In this document: positions 1-8,048 of the stretch, one piece after another
Position numbering within the stretch: position 1 is the first letter of the stretch
Layout: each line of letters starts with the position of its first letter
Origin: a virus
DNA length: 64,000 nt
Virus record (IMG/VR): IMGVR_UViG_3300045927_000329
Span: 7,618-71,617 of that record
Strand: one strand, 5' to 3'
Program-made: the position numbers and the translations under genes
Notes under the pieces: generated by a model
What the model saw: only the letters and a program-made list of their open reading frames with translations
What the model was told of the DNA's origin: nothing
Databases searched by the model: none

Positions 1-328
1 GATCCGGCTGCTCCGGGCGAATGCGCTCGGCGCGGTGCCCCTTGGCGACGACCCTCGGCTCGAAGGCGACCAGACTCCCCTCTTCGAGGGAGTCGATCGG
101 CATCTCCAGCCCGCTGGCGTGGAAGAAGTAGTCCTTGCCGACCTCGCCGCCTTCGGTACAGCGGATGAAGCCGAAGCCGCGTTCGGCGTAGACCCGGTAG
201 ACGCGGCCGCGCGCCGTCGGCGCGGATGTCGCCGCTGTCGCCACCGGCTCGGACAGGTCGTCGTCATCGTCGCGGGCAGTCTTGGTGTGCTTCCCAGCCA
301 CGGTCGCCTCCGTTGCGTCGATCGCCAT
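1..328 (-). CDS. Cold-shock domain (CSD) nucleic-acid-binding protein, 3' end outside window
   Basis: Not in the ORF track; translated by hand from ATG 328: ...GRVYRVYAERGFGFI...KDYFFHASGL...LEEGSLVAFE...KGHRAERI, with RNP1 (GFGFI) and RNP2 (YFFH) motifs. Confidence 0.85.
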   Translation of the reverse strand, partial: MAIDATEATVAGKHTKTARDDDDDLSEPVATAATSAPTARGRVYRVYAERGFGFIRCTEGGEVGKDYFFHASGLEMPIDSLEEGSLVAFEPRVVAKGHRAERIRPEQPD

Positions 329-329
329 G

Positions 330-608
330 TCAGTTGTCCTCAGGACGGGCGGGGGCGGTCCCCCGCCAGCGGGTCCTCGACTGCGACTGCACGTCGCCGC
401 TCTCGGTCAGCGCCGGGTCGTGCGCGTCGAGGAACTCCTGCAGCAGCTCGATCACCGGACGCAGGTGGTGCCCGGCGATCCGAATCAGGTAGCTGCCACA
501 GAAATCACAGTCGATCTCCAGGTCGACGTAGAGGAACGGCCGGCCCTCCGGCGCCGTCTCCGGCGGCTCCACCGTGATCGCACGGCCGGTGACCAGCGCC
601 CTCTTCAC
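330..608 (-). CDS. Hypothetical protein with CxxC (92 aa)
   Basis: ORF coupled to its neighbours; CDFC motif. Confidence 0.6.
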   Translation of the reverse strand: MKRALVTGRAITVEPPETAPEGRPFLYVDLEIDCDFCGSYLIRIAGHHLRPVIELLQEFLDAHDPALTESGDVQSQSRTRWRGTAPARPEDN

Positions 609-1162
609 GTCAGGACACCGGCGGTGTCGACACCGCGGCCTGGCCGTCGGCCTTGGGGCTCTTGGTCGGCGCCGGCTTCTCCTTCACCGGCGGACGCGGC
701 GGCTGCTGGCGGCGCTTGATGGTCGCCTGCGCCAGCGCCAGTGCTTGGAGTGCCAAGGACAGCTCCGTCGTCTCGAAGTAGTGCAGGACGGCGAGCACGG
801 GATTCTTTGGCTTTGACATGAGTGCTGACTCCTTTCAGCCAGTCACGAAGGGCGGCGGTGCTCTTCAGCACCGGGATGGCGTGCGCGCGGGCGACGCGGA
901 CCTCGGCCCGGGCGCCGGCTGACAGCTCCCAGTCCGGGGTCACCAGCACCGCATCGCAGCGCCTGAGCATGGCGAGATCGCCACGCAGCCAGAGGTCGTC
1001 GGCGGCCGCGCCCTGGAAGAAGCGCGTGTTGGTGTGCGGGCAGAGCGCGGCAGCGCCGAGCAGCCAGACCTCCAGGGCCAGGCGCTCGGCGCGCCGGATG
1101 TTCTCCTCGATCGCCCAGGCGCTCGGGCCGCGGAACGGGCCGGCGATGTAGACGACCTTCAT
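605..1162 (-). CDS. DUF4406/nucleoside 2-deoxyribosyltransferase-like protein
   Basis: MKVVYIAGPF...CPH...DLAMLRRCDAVLVTPDWELSAGARAEV, typical of this phage family; start re-called at ATG 1162. Confidence 0.8.
   Translation of the reverse strand: MKVVYIAGPFRGPSAWAIEENIRRAERLALEVWLLGAAALCPHTNTRFFQGAAADDLWLRGDLAMLRRCDAVLVTPDWELSAGARAEVRVARAHAIPVLKSTAALRDWLKGVSTHVKAKESRARRPALLRDDGAVLGTPSTGAGAGDHQAPPAAAASAGEGEAGADQEPQGRRPGRGVDTAGVLT
610..819 (-). CDS. Hypothetical protein (69 aa)
   Basis: Strong RBS (AAAGGAG) before ATG 819; nested in the tail of the upstream ORF. Confidence 0.65.
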   Translation of the reverse strand: MSKPKNPVLAVLHYFETTELSLALQALALAQATIKRRQQPPRPPVKEKPAPTKSPKADGQAAVSTPPVS

Positions 1163-1392
1163 GCTTCCGGCTCCTCCTCCACCTCCGAGGCGGGGTCGTG
1201 GAAGACCACCGCCTTGATCGCCCACATCGCCGCCTGCTCGTTGTTGGTGATCGCAATCGAGTACTGCCGCGAGGCGGGGCACACCTCGTGGATCAGCCGC
1301 TCGCCCTCGGAGAAGTGCGCCCGCAGCCGGTTGATCTTGGCGAGCCCCTCGGGCGACGGCTTGTGGTAGGCGTAGGGTTTGTCGATTGGCAT
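1159..1392 (-). CDS. Acb2/Tad1-like hairpin protein, putative cyclic-nucleotide sponge
   Basis: YAYHKPS...CPASRQYSIAITNNEQAAMWAIKAV resembles the YH-P...CP-SRE-SLAITKLEEAxMW signature; start re-called at ATG 1392. Confidence 0.7.
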   Translation of the reverse strand: MPIDKPYAYHKPSPEGLAKINRLRAHFSEGERLIHEVCPASRQYSIAITNNEQAAMWAIKAVVFHDPASEVEEEPEA

Positions 1393-1616
1393 CACAGCTC
1401 CTCGTCGCGCGGTCGCTCGTGTTCGAGCATCTTCAGGTAGTCGCTCGGCGACAGCCGGTGGTCGAGCAGGTCGCGCGCGTTCTGCAGCGCCACGCGGTAC
1501 GACGGCCAGTCGGTGTCGCGCGTCGGGCATTCCTCGACCAGGCGCCGCAGCGCCACCTGCAGCACGACCTGGTAGGCGACGATCTCCTCCGGGGTGCGGC
1601 AGTGTTCGAGGGTCAT
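1392..1616 (-). CDS. Hypothetical protein (74 aa)
   Basis: MTLEHCRTPEE...; ATGA and TGATG overlaps with both neighbours. Confidence 0.65.
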   Translation of the reverse strand: MTLEHCRTPEEIVAYQVVLQVALRRLVEECPTRDTDWPSYRVALQNARDLLDHRLSPSDYLKMLEHERPRDEEL

Positions 1617-2266
1617 GGTCGCAGGTTGTCGAGATTGGCCCACGCCCGCAGCGAGGCGCCGCACTTGCCGCAGTCGGTCTCGAAGGGGACCTGGCCGCTG
1701 GCGTCCTTGCTGACGTCTTCCTGGTAGTAGCTCTCGCCGCAGCCCTTCTTCCCTTCGATCACTTCCGTCTGCCCGTCCGGTTTCTTCACGCGGATGTCGC
1801 GGTCGCGGCTGCACTTCCAGCTGTACTTGATGTCGCCGCCGAACTCCCGGCCGCCGTGGCGCTGCACCGCCGCCATGTACTCGCGGTTGCTGCGCGGCTT
1901 GGTCTTCTCGCCGAGCGCCCGCAGCAGGTAGTCGAGGTCGCTGGCGATGACCGCCTTGCCCTTGCCGCGCCCGCGCTCGATATTGGTCAACCGCGTCTCG
2001 AACGGCTCCTGGTTGTGCAGGCCCTGCGGGCTCTGCACGATCAGCAGCGGGTGGTCGCGGTCGAAGCTGGCACGCACGCGCTGCGGCGGGGTCTTCTCCG
2101 GCACGTCGATCAGATCCCAGATGGCGCTCATGTCCCGCGGCAGCAGAAAGCGGTAGGGGCCGGGAGGCGGCGGCGGCGCCCAGCTGCCGAACTCGGGGAG
2201 GTCATCGAGCCCCTCGCCTGCCGTCGGGAGGGGTTCATCCTTGAGCACGCCGGCCAGTTCACTCAT
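1613..2266 (-). CDS. Putative ssDNA-binding protein with cysteine motifs
   Basis: Directly downstream of the Sak4-like ATPase; PPPGPYRF N-terminal strand like DUF669-type SSBs; C-terminal CGKC. Function inferred from context. Confidence 0.5.
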   Translation of the reverse strand: MSELAGVLKDEPLPTAGEGLDDLPEFGSWAPPPPPGPYRFLLPRDMSAIWDLIDVPEKTPPQRVRASFDRDHPLLIVQSPQGLHNQEPFETRLTNIERGRGKGKAVIASDLDYLLRALGEKTKPRSNREYMAAVQRHGGREFGGDIKYSWKCSRDRDIRVKKPDGQTEVIEGKKGCGESYYQEDVSKDASGQVPFETDCGKCGASLRAWANLDNLRP

Positions 2267-2381
2267 GCTCTTGCCCACATCGCACCTCACAATCAACATT
2301 GATCTGAATCAAACATCGAACTGGGGCTACCCGCCCCCGTGGCTCGTTGTCGTCATCGTCGTCGTCGTCGTCGATGCAGGT

Positions 2382-3851
2382 TCAGGCCGTCGGTGGCGTC
2401 GAGGCGCCCGGGGCGCGAGCCGGCGGCCGCATTCCTGGTGGCGGCGGTGGCCCTCCGGGCGGAGCGGTCGGGGCGGTGTCGAGAGGCGTGGCCACGTCGT
2501 CGGCTCCGTCGAGCGGCAGGGGCACGTCGATCTCGTTGGTCGCTGGTGCCGGTGTCGGCTCGGCGGTGCGGCGCTTGCGCGGCATGGCGACCGAGCGCGT
2601 CGCGACCGGCGCAGCGGCCGGCGCTGGCGTCGGCGCGGCCGGCTCCGGCAGGCGCGGCAATGGAAGCGCGCCAGCGGCTGCGGCGGCTGGCGCCACGGTC
2701 GTCGGCGCCGCCGGCACCGAGAACGTCTCGCCGTATTCGGTTGGAGTACCAGCGAGTCCCGGGGCGCCGGGCACCTCCTCGGCCAGCGCGCGGCGCAGGT
2801 CCTCATCGAGCAGGCGGAAGACGAGCCCGAGGTTGGCCTGCTGCCAGGGCGCGTCGAGCGGGTCGACCAGCTTCTCCGGCAGCCCCGTCGGCGAGGCGCT
2901 CGTCTTGAGCAGGTGCCGGCGATTCTGCGGGTCGGTGAATGGACGCAGGTAGAGGACGAAGTGCTCGCGGCCCTGGTCGTCGGCTTCCTTCCCCATCTCG
3001 TAGACGTTGCCGAACCAGGCACTGGCTTCGTCGGTGGCGGCGCGCCCGGGCAGCTTGGCGCCGACGATCGGCAGCCCGCCCTCGTCGGTCGCTTCCATGC
3101 TGAGGGCGGTGAAGACCGGCCCCTCGACCAGGTGCGGAATGCTCAGCGAGTTGTTGACGAACTGCTGCCCGCGCGTCTGGCCGAAGCCGACGTCCGCGCG
3201 GTTGTTGCCTCCGAGCTTGATCGAGCCGCTGACCACCACGCCGCCGAAGGCCGGCTTCTCGCCGCCGATCAGCCCCTGGCCGCGACTGTGATCCATGTGC
3301 TCCATCACCACGCCCGTCATGCTCGTCAAGCCGTCGAAGGCGACGCCGCCGACCGCCTCGAAGCCCCTGGTGCGGTGGACGTCCTCGACGACCGTCAGCT
3401 CGCCGAGCGCGTGCAGCGTCTTGCACGTCGCGCAGTAGGTCGGCCCGACCTGCGCCCGCAGCGGCAGCTGCGCCAGCGGCGTGCCCGACTTGCTGCAGAG
3501 GACGCGGTAGACGGTGGTGACGGGCGGGATCAGGTCGACGGCCGGCGAGGTCTCCCCCGTCTCGACGTTGATGGTGCGCGGCCAGTAGCCCTTGCTGGCG
3601 AGGTAGAGCGTCTCGATGCCCAGGCTCTCGGCGCTGCGCGTCCGCGCGCGCCAGAAGCGAATCAGCCCCTGCTTCATCAGCTTCTGCAGCTCGGTCGGGA
3701 TGGCGCCGCCGTCCCACGAGTAGAGCAGCAGCACGCGGCTGTAGGTCTCCCACAGGTACTGCGCGAAGCTGGCCAGGAGCGAGGTCTTGCCGGCGCCTGG
3801 TACTCCAAGGATCAGCGTGGCGGTGAAGATGCGACGGAGCGCGTCGGACAT
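2382..3851 (-). CDS. AAA_24/Sak4-like ATPase (single-strand annealing recombinase)
   Basis: Walker A GVPGAGKT, Walker B VAFDGLT, CxxC insertion, Pro/Ala-rich tail. Confidence 0.75.
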   Translation of the reverse strand: MSDALRRIFTATLILGVPGAGKTSLLASFAQYLWETYSRVLLLYSWDGGAIPTELQKLMKQGLIRFWRARTRSAESLGIETLYLASKGYWPRTINVETGETSPAVDLIPPVTTVYRVLCSKSGTPLAQLPLRAQVGPTYCATCKTLHALGELTVVEDVHRTRGFEAVGGVAFDGLTSMTGVVMEHMDHSRGQGLIGGEKPAFGGVVVSGSIKLGGNNRADVGFGQTRGQQFVNNSLSIPHLVEGPVFTALSMEATDEGGLPIVGAKLPGRAATDEASAWFGNVYEMGKEADDQGREHFVLYLRPFTDPQNRRHLLKTSASPTGLPEKLVDPLDAPWQQANLGLVFRLLDEDLRRALAEEVPGAPGLAGTPTEYGETFSVPAAPTTVAPAAAAAGALPLPRLPEPAAPTPAPAAAPVATRSVAMPRKRRTAEPTPAPATNEIDVPLPLDGADDVATPLDTAPTAPPGGPPPPPGMRPPARAPGASTPPTA

Positions 3852-3861
3852 GACAGCAGCC

Positions 3862-4374
3862 TCAGACGCCGGACGCCATCGGCGGCGCCGGGGGTTGTGC
3901 GCTGATGTGCGCGATTAAGTCGTTGACTTCCTCCGGCGAGCACCACTCGCCGCTCTCGACCGCCTCGGGCATATCCGCCAGAATGCGGTTGCGAAACAGC
4001 TCCAGCGCGGCGATGAGCGTGCGCTGCACCTTGCCGGCGGGATCGAAGACCTCGCGGCTGTCGCGGCGGCGGGTCTGCTGCAGCAGGGCCGCACGGGCGG
4101 CGTCGATGCCGGCGGCGTAGCCGGCGGTGAAGGCCTCCTCGATGGAGGCCTCGGGGTGCGCGTCGAGCCAGCGGCTGGCGAGCGAGGCGCTGAAGGACCC
4201 GGGCGACTCCCCTGCCGGGGGCGGCGGTGGCAGCTCGGCGCGGCGTCCCGGCTGGCCGGCGCCGCAGCTGCTGCAGCCCTGGCCGAGCGGCCCGGCGTTC
4301 TCCGCGCCACAGGCCGGGCAGTTCCAGCCGACCAGATCCTGTGTGGCGTAGTGGCGCGACCCACCGACTGGCAT
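3862..4374 (-). CDS. Zinc-ribbon protein
   Basis: WNCPACGAEN...CSSCG; start re-called at ATG 4374, which overlaps the upstream TAA. Confidence 0.65.
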   Translation of the reverse strand: MPVGGSRHYATQDLVGWNCPACGAENAGPLGQGCSSCGAGQPGRRAELPPPPPAGESPGSFSASLASRWLDAHPEASIEEAFTAGYAAGIDAARAALLQQTRRRDSREVFDPAGKVQRTLIAALELFRNRILADMPEAVESGEWCSPEEVNDLIAHISAQPPAPPMASGV

Positions 4375-4553
4375 TACGGCTTCTCCTCGACGACGCGCGC
4401 GTTGTCCTGATCCTCGAACCAGTCTTCGATCGCCTGCTGGATCGCCAGCGCCAGGGACCGCACGCGTTCGGGGGGAGCCGGCGGCGTTTCCTCTGCGAGG
4501 AAGACCCTGGCAAGGTCCGCAGATCGCGGGTCGTAGGTCGTCACCACAGTCAT
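4374..4553 (-). CDS. Hypothetical protein (59 aa)
   Basis: MTVVTTYDPRS...; ATGA overlap with the nuclease gene. Confidence 0.6.
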   Translation of the reverse strand: MTVVTTYDPRSADLARVFLAEETPPAPPERVRSLALAIQQAIEDWFEDQDNARVVEEKP

Positions 4554-6004
4554 CGTTCGTCCTCCTCGTCGACTTCCGCCGCTTCCGCCGGCAGCAGCCC
4601 GCGTGCGATCGCCTGCTGCAGCTCGGGCGCGTGGTGCGGCAGGCGCGGCTGGTAGTGGCCACTGCCGATCGGGTCCTCCCAGCCGGTGTGGCGGTGACAG
4701 ATCGGCACGAACTCGCACTGGTGGTCGCGACCAAACGGTCGGCAGGCCCAGCTCGCCGGCACGAGGTGATCGAGCAGCGCCTGGAAGCGCGGGTCGGCCC
4801 AGGCGAGGCCCTGCATCTGCTGCGCCTCGTAGAGCGCCCAGAGGGTCTCCTGCCAGCTGTGCTCCTCGCCGAGGAGCCCGCGGCGCAGCGACTGCAGCTG
4901 GGCGTCCTGGCGGTTCATCGGGCCGAGGATGAAGCAGGTCTTCTCCAGCAGGCTCCCGGGCAGGAAGCGCACCCAGAACTCCTCGGGCGTCATGTCCGGG
5001 TCCTGCGTGTGGTAGGCGCGCCAGATCGGCCAGTCACTCTCCGCCAGCTCCCAGACGCCGGTGCGCCGGTGCGCCCGGCTCTTGCGCTTGACCTCCCCGT
5101 CGTCGGTCACCCACTCGTAGCTCGGGAGCCAGTCCTCGGGCTGCATCGGCGGATTGCCCGGCCGGCGGTAGCCGTAGCAGAGCGGCGACTGCTGGCGCTT
5201 CCTGAGCGGGTCGTCCTCGTCGTACTTGTCGCGCTTGCGGCTGCCCTTGCTGAGGCCGACGATGTACAGCTCGGTGACCTCGCGGCCCCAGAGCGGCTCG
5301 GCGTCGAGCGTGCCGAGCCCGAGCTGCGGGTCGGTCTCCCACTGCTCGACCCAGGCGTCGCTCTCCCAGCCGGTGGTCTTGCACTCGAAGTAGGCGAGGC
5401 TGCCGCTGCTGCGGTGCTCGGCCAGCAGGTCGGTGCGGATCTGCAGCGCCGTGCCGGTGCAGCCGCGCCGGAGGTGTTCGGCGGCGTCGAGCGGCGGCGC
5501 GCCGCAGCCGCATTCGAGGAAGTGCAGGCGCTCCTCCTCGACCACCCGCACGCGGTAGCGCTCCAGCAGCCAGGGGAAGAACTTCAGGCGCAGCGCCCAG
5601 AGCAGCCCGACGATGAGCGAGCGCTGTTCGAGGATGGTCTCTTCGGTCTGCGCGCTGCCGAGGATGCCGCGGTAGCCGCGCGCCTCGACGCGGGTGACAT
5701 ACCCGTCGCAGACCGCCTGGATGATCGCGCGCGTCTCGTTCAGGTCGGGGAGGCGGTCGTGCTGCGCCGCGATGCGGCTGAAGCCTTCCAGGCCCTGGTG
5801 CGCGGCGATCCCCGTGACCAGCGGCAGCGATTCGCGCCGAGCGGTGAGCCCGTAGCCGGTGGGGCCCGCGTGATAGGTGAGGTAGCGGGCGCGCTTGCAG
5901 CGACTGGCGCCGAGCTTGAAGCGGCTGCGGTCGGTGTACCACAGCAGGGGCGCCGGTGCGCGAGGAGATAGAGCTGCCGCCGTCGGTGACGTCATTGTGA
6001 CCAT
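4550..6004 (-). CDS. PD-(D/E)XK Cas4-like exonuclease
   Basis: RTDLL...YFECKTT catalytic motif, QLxL, N-terminal Cys plus C-terminal CRPF...CEFVPIC cluster-type cysteines. Confidence 0.8.
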   Translation of the reverse strand: MVTMTSPTAAALSPRAPAPLLWYTDRSRFKLGASRCKRARYLTYHAGPTGYGLTARRESLPLVTGIAAHQGLEGFSRIAAQHDRLPDLNETRAIIQAVCDGYVTRVEARGYRGILGSAQTEETILEQRSLIVGLLWALRLKFFPWLLERYRVRVVEEERLHFLECGCGAPPLDAAEHLRRGCTGTALQIRTDLLAEHRSSGSLAYFECKTTGWESDAWVEQWETDPQLGLGTLDAEPLWGREVTELYIVGLSKGSRKRDKYDEDDPLRKRQQSPLCYGYRRPGNPPMQPEDWLPSYEWVTDDGEVKRKSRAHRRTGVWELAESDWPIWRAYHTQDPDMTPEEFWVRFLPGSLLEKTCFILGPMNRQDAQLQSLRRGLLGEEHSWQETLWALYEAQQMQGLAWADPRFQALLDHLVPASWACRPFGRDHQCEFVPICHRHTGWEDPIGSGHYQPRLPHHAPELQQAIARGLLPAEAAEVDEEDER

Positions 6005-6128
6005 CGCCTCCGTCGTCGTGATCGTTGTGGTCGCGAACCCCTAACCCGTCGATCGTTCCCTGGGCGAACCGGACTCAGTTCGCCGCGTCTGGTACGCCGC
6101 CAAGACTGGGACGCCTCGGCGGAGCGAG

Positions 6129-6158
6129 CATCAGACTGCCGTGTGACGATCTTGTCAA
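6129..6158 (-). promoter_or_regulatory. Possible sigma70-type promoter for the recombination operon
   Basis: Perfect TTGACA at 6158-6153 in an intergenic region; the -10 box is poor. Confidence 0.4.
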
Positions 6159-6356
6159 GCGGTCGTGCCCCTGAGATGTCTGCGGGTGTCTGGGGGTGTC
6201 AGGAGTACCAAGCGATTTTGCCGGCAGGTTATTCAGGAGGGATTCGGGCCGGACTGAGCCGGCCCGATGAGCTGGATTGCGCCGAATTACCGGTTATGGT
6301 GGACTCGTGCGCGGTGCTCCTGTAGTTCTACGACGCCTCGTGCGCCTTGCTGCGCG

Positions 6357-6758
6357 CTACTGCGCCTTCGGCGGCAGGGTCCAGACCGCGGCGAACGCGC
6401 GCCCCTTGGACTTGGCGCCCAGGTTCTGCAGGCGCAGCCGTAGCGTCTTCGGCATCCACAGGCGCTGCGCCTTGAGCCGCGCCTTCAGGTCGCGCACGGT
6501 CTGCGGGCCTTCGAGCAGCGCCTCGCGCAGCGCCGCGTCCAGGCGATCGGAGTCGCGCACGATGGGCGTCCGCTTCGTCGGCTTCGTCGCCGTCGTCTGC
6601 CCGCGCATCCGCGTCGCGGCGCGCAGCTTCCCGTTGAAGCTCGCCTGCGCCCGCGCACCCTGGTCCTCCTCCAGCACCGCCGCCGCCAGCTCCAGGCCCT
6701 CGGCCTTCTTCCGGTACTCCGCCGCCTTCAGTCGCAGGCGTTCGCCCATCGTCGTCAT
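6357..6758 (-). CDS. Hypothetical basic protein, possible wHTH
   Basis: RBS AGGAGGG; ALLEGPQTVRDLKARL resembles an HTH. Confidence 0.6.
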   Translation of the reverse strand: MTTMGERLRLKAAEYRKKAEGLELAAAVLEEDQGARAQASFNGKLRAATRMRGQTTATKPTKRTPIVRDSDRLDAALREALLEGPQTVRDLKARLKAQRLWMPKTLRLRLQNLGAKSKGRAFAAVWTLPPKAQ

Positions 6759-6788
6759 CGTCGTCGTCCCTCCTCTCCTGGCCTCTCC

Positions 6789-6818
6789 TGTCTCAGTGTC
6801 TCAGTCTCAGTGTCTCAG
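6789..6818. repeat. Short tandem repeat (TG)TCTCAG x4
   Basis: tgtctcag tgtctcag tctcag tgtctcag, read directly. Confidence 0.75.
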
Positions 6819-7264
6819 GCTCGTCGCCGCCGACCTCTGGCGTCCTGGTCGCGCTCGCGCTCGCGCCGCAGCTGTCGCGCCTTGTAGGTGTCGAAGGTCA
6901 CCAGCTCCGGCCGCCCGGCGCCGTTGACCTCGGCGTGCTTCTTCGCGTAGCTCTCCAGCGGCGAGGTGCCGCCGATGCCGCGCGCCTCGAACGCCGCGCC
7001 GAGCACCGCGATCGCCACCACCCCCAGGTGCGGCAGCGCCAGCTCCTGCGGCGAGACCTCCTCGTAGAGCTGTTTGAGGTTGCGGACCTTCAGGGCCTTG
7101 ACGGCATGCGTGAGCAGCCGCGCCGCGTGGAAGTTGAAGCAGTCGACGTGGGCGAGATCGGCGCGGGTGAAGCGGTCGGAGCCGATCTCCAAGACCGGGA
7201 GCTTGGCCGCAGCCTGCAGCTCCCGAACGGTCGTGGTCCCGAGGATGGTTGTCGCCAGATTCAT
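6815..7264 (-). CDS. Hypothetical protein with RNA polymerase alpha-CTD-like segment
   Basis: VKALKVRNLKQLYEEVSPQELALPHLGVVAIAVLGAAFEARG aligns by eye with alphaCTD [42 protein letters not shown]. Confidence 0.5.
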   Translation of the reverse strand: MNLATTILGTTTVRELQAAAKLPVLEIGSDRFTRADLAHVDCFNFHAARLLTHAVKALKVRNLKQLYEEVSPQELALPHLGVVAIAVLGAAFEARGIGGTSPLESYAKKHAEVNGAGRPELVTFDTYKARQLRRERERDQDARGRRRRA

Positions 7265-7665
7265 GCTGTCTCCTCTTCAACGTCTACAGCCCCAGGCGGC
7301 GAGCCGGTGGGGTCGGGCTCCCCGGCGGCGCCCTTGAGTGCCCCCATCACGCCCAGGACTCCGACGTGGGTAATGCGGTCGAAGAACAACCGCAGCGCAT
7401 CACGCAGTTGATAGGCTTCCTCCGGTGTCTCACACTCCAACATCCAATGCACGGCCGGCCAGGAGCGGTACTGCCCGATGCGCTTGGCCGGCGAGGCGGA
7501 CTCGTCGTCGGTCGCCGCGCGGCCACGCGGGCCGGCGCCCGGCGTGACCATGCGCAGGATGGCGGGGTGAACACGAATACGGATCGGTTTCCCGGGCCGC
7601 TCGGCCCAGGCTTCGCGGATCGGTCGGTTCGGATCGGCGAGGTCGCGCACAAAGGCGCTCTTCAT
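7261..7665 (-). CDS. Hypothetical protein
   Basis: RBS AGGAGG before ATG 7665; ATGA overlap with the next gene. Confidence 0.6.
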   Translation of the reverse strand: MKSAFVRDLADPNRPIREAWAERPGKPIRIRVHPAILRMVTPGAGPRGRAATDDESASPAKRIGQYRSWPAVHWMLECETPEEAYQLRDALRLFFDRITHVGVLGVMGALKGAAGEPDPTGSPPGAVDVEEETA

Positions 7666-7721
7666 AGGGGTGTCCTCCTGGGCTCCCACTGCCCAACACT
7701 CGATCGGGCGTGCCGGCGTTC

Positions 7722-7751
7722 ACCCTATGCACAACGATGGCTAGTTGTCAA
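7722..7751 (-). promoter_or_regulatory. Sigma70-type leftward promoter
   Basis: TTGACA-N18-TAGGGT on the minus strand upstream of 7665. Confidence 0.6.
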
Positions 7752-8048
7752 GCAGGCTCGGCAGGAGTCTCGGGCGGGGTCTAGTGGTCGAGTCGGTCGA
7801 CGCTACTAGATGCGGGGGAGGCTTGATTTTGCCGGCAAAGTGGGTGTAGAAGAGGCCGCTTCCGCTCGGTAACGGGGGGATGACGGCTGCCTGAACCCGG
7901 GCACCTGGAGGTGACCAATCCCCAGGTACCCGGTGCGTGACGACAACCATCCGAACCCAAACGCGGAACAGACGACGACGACGACGATCACGACGACGGG
8001 TTGAGTTGGAGGCCCAGACTCGTCCTTCTGCAGATCGGAGTCGTCCCT

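Noticed and set aside
4550-6004. CRISPR-associated cas4 locus
   Set aside because: A solo Cas4-like exonuclease in a phage recombination module, with no cas1 or cas2.
6005-6356. tRNA gene
   Set aside because: Stems are present, but no convincing cloverleaf with T-loop and anticodon arm could be built.
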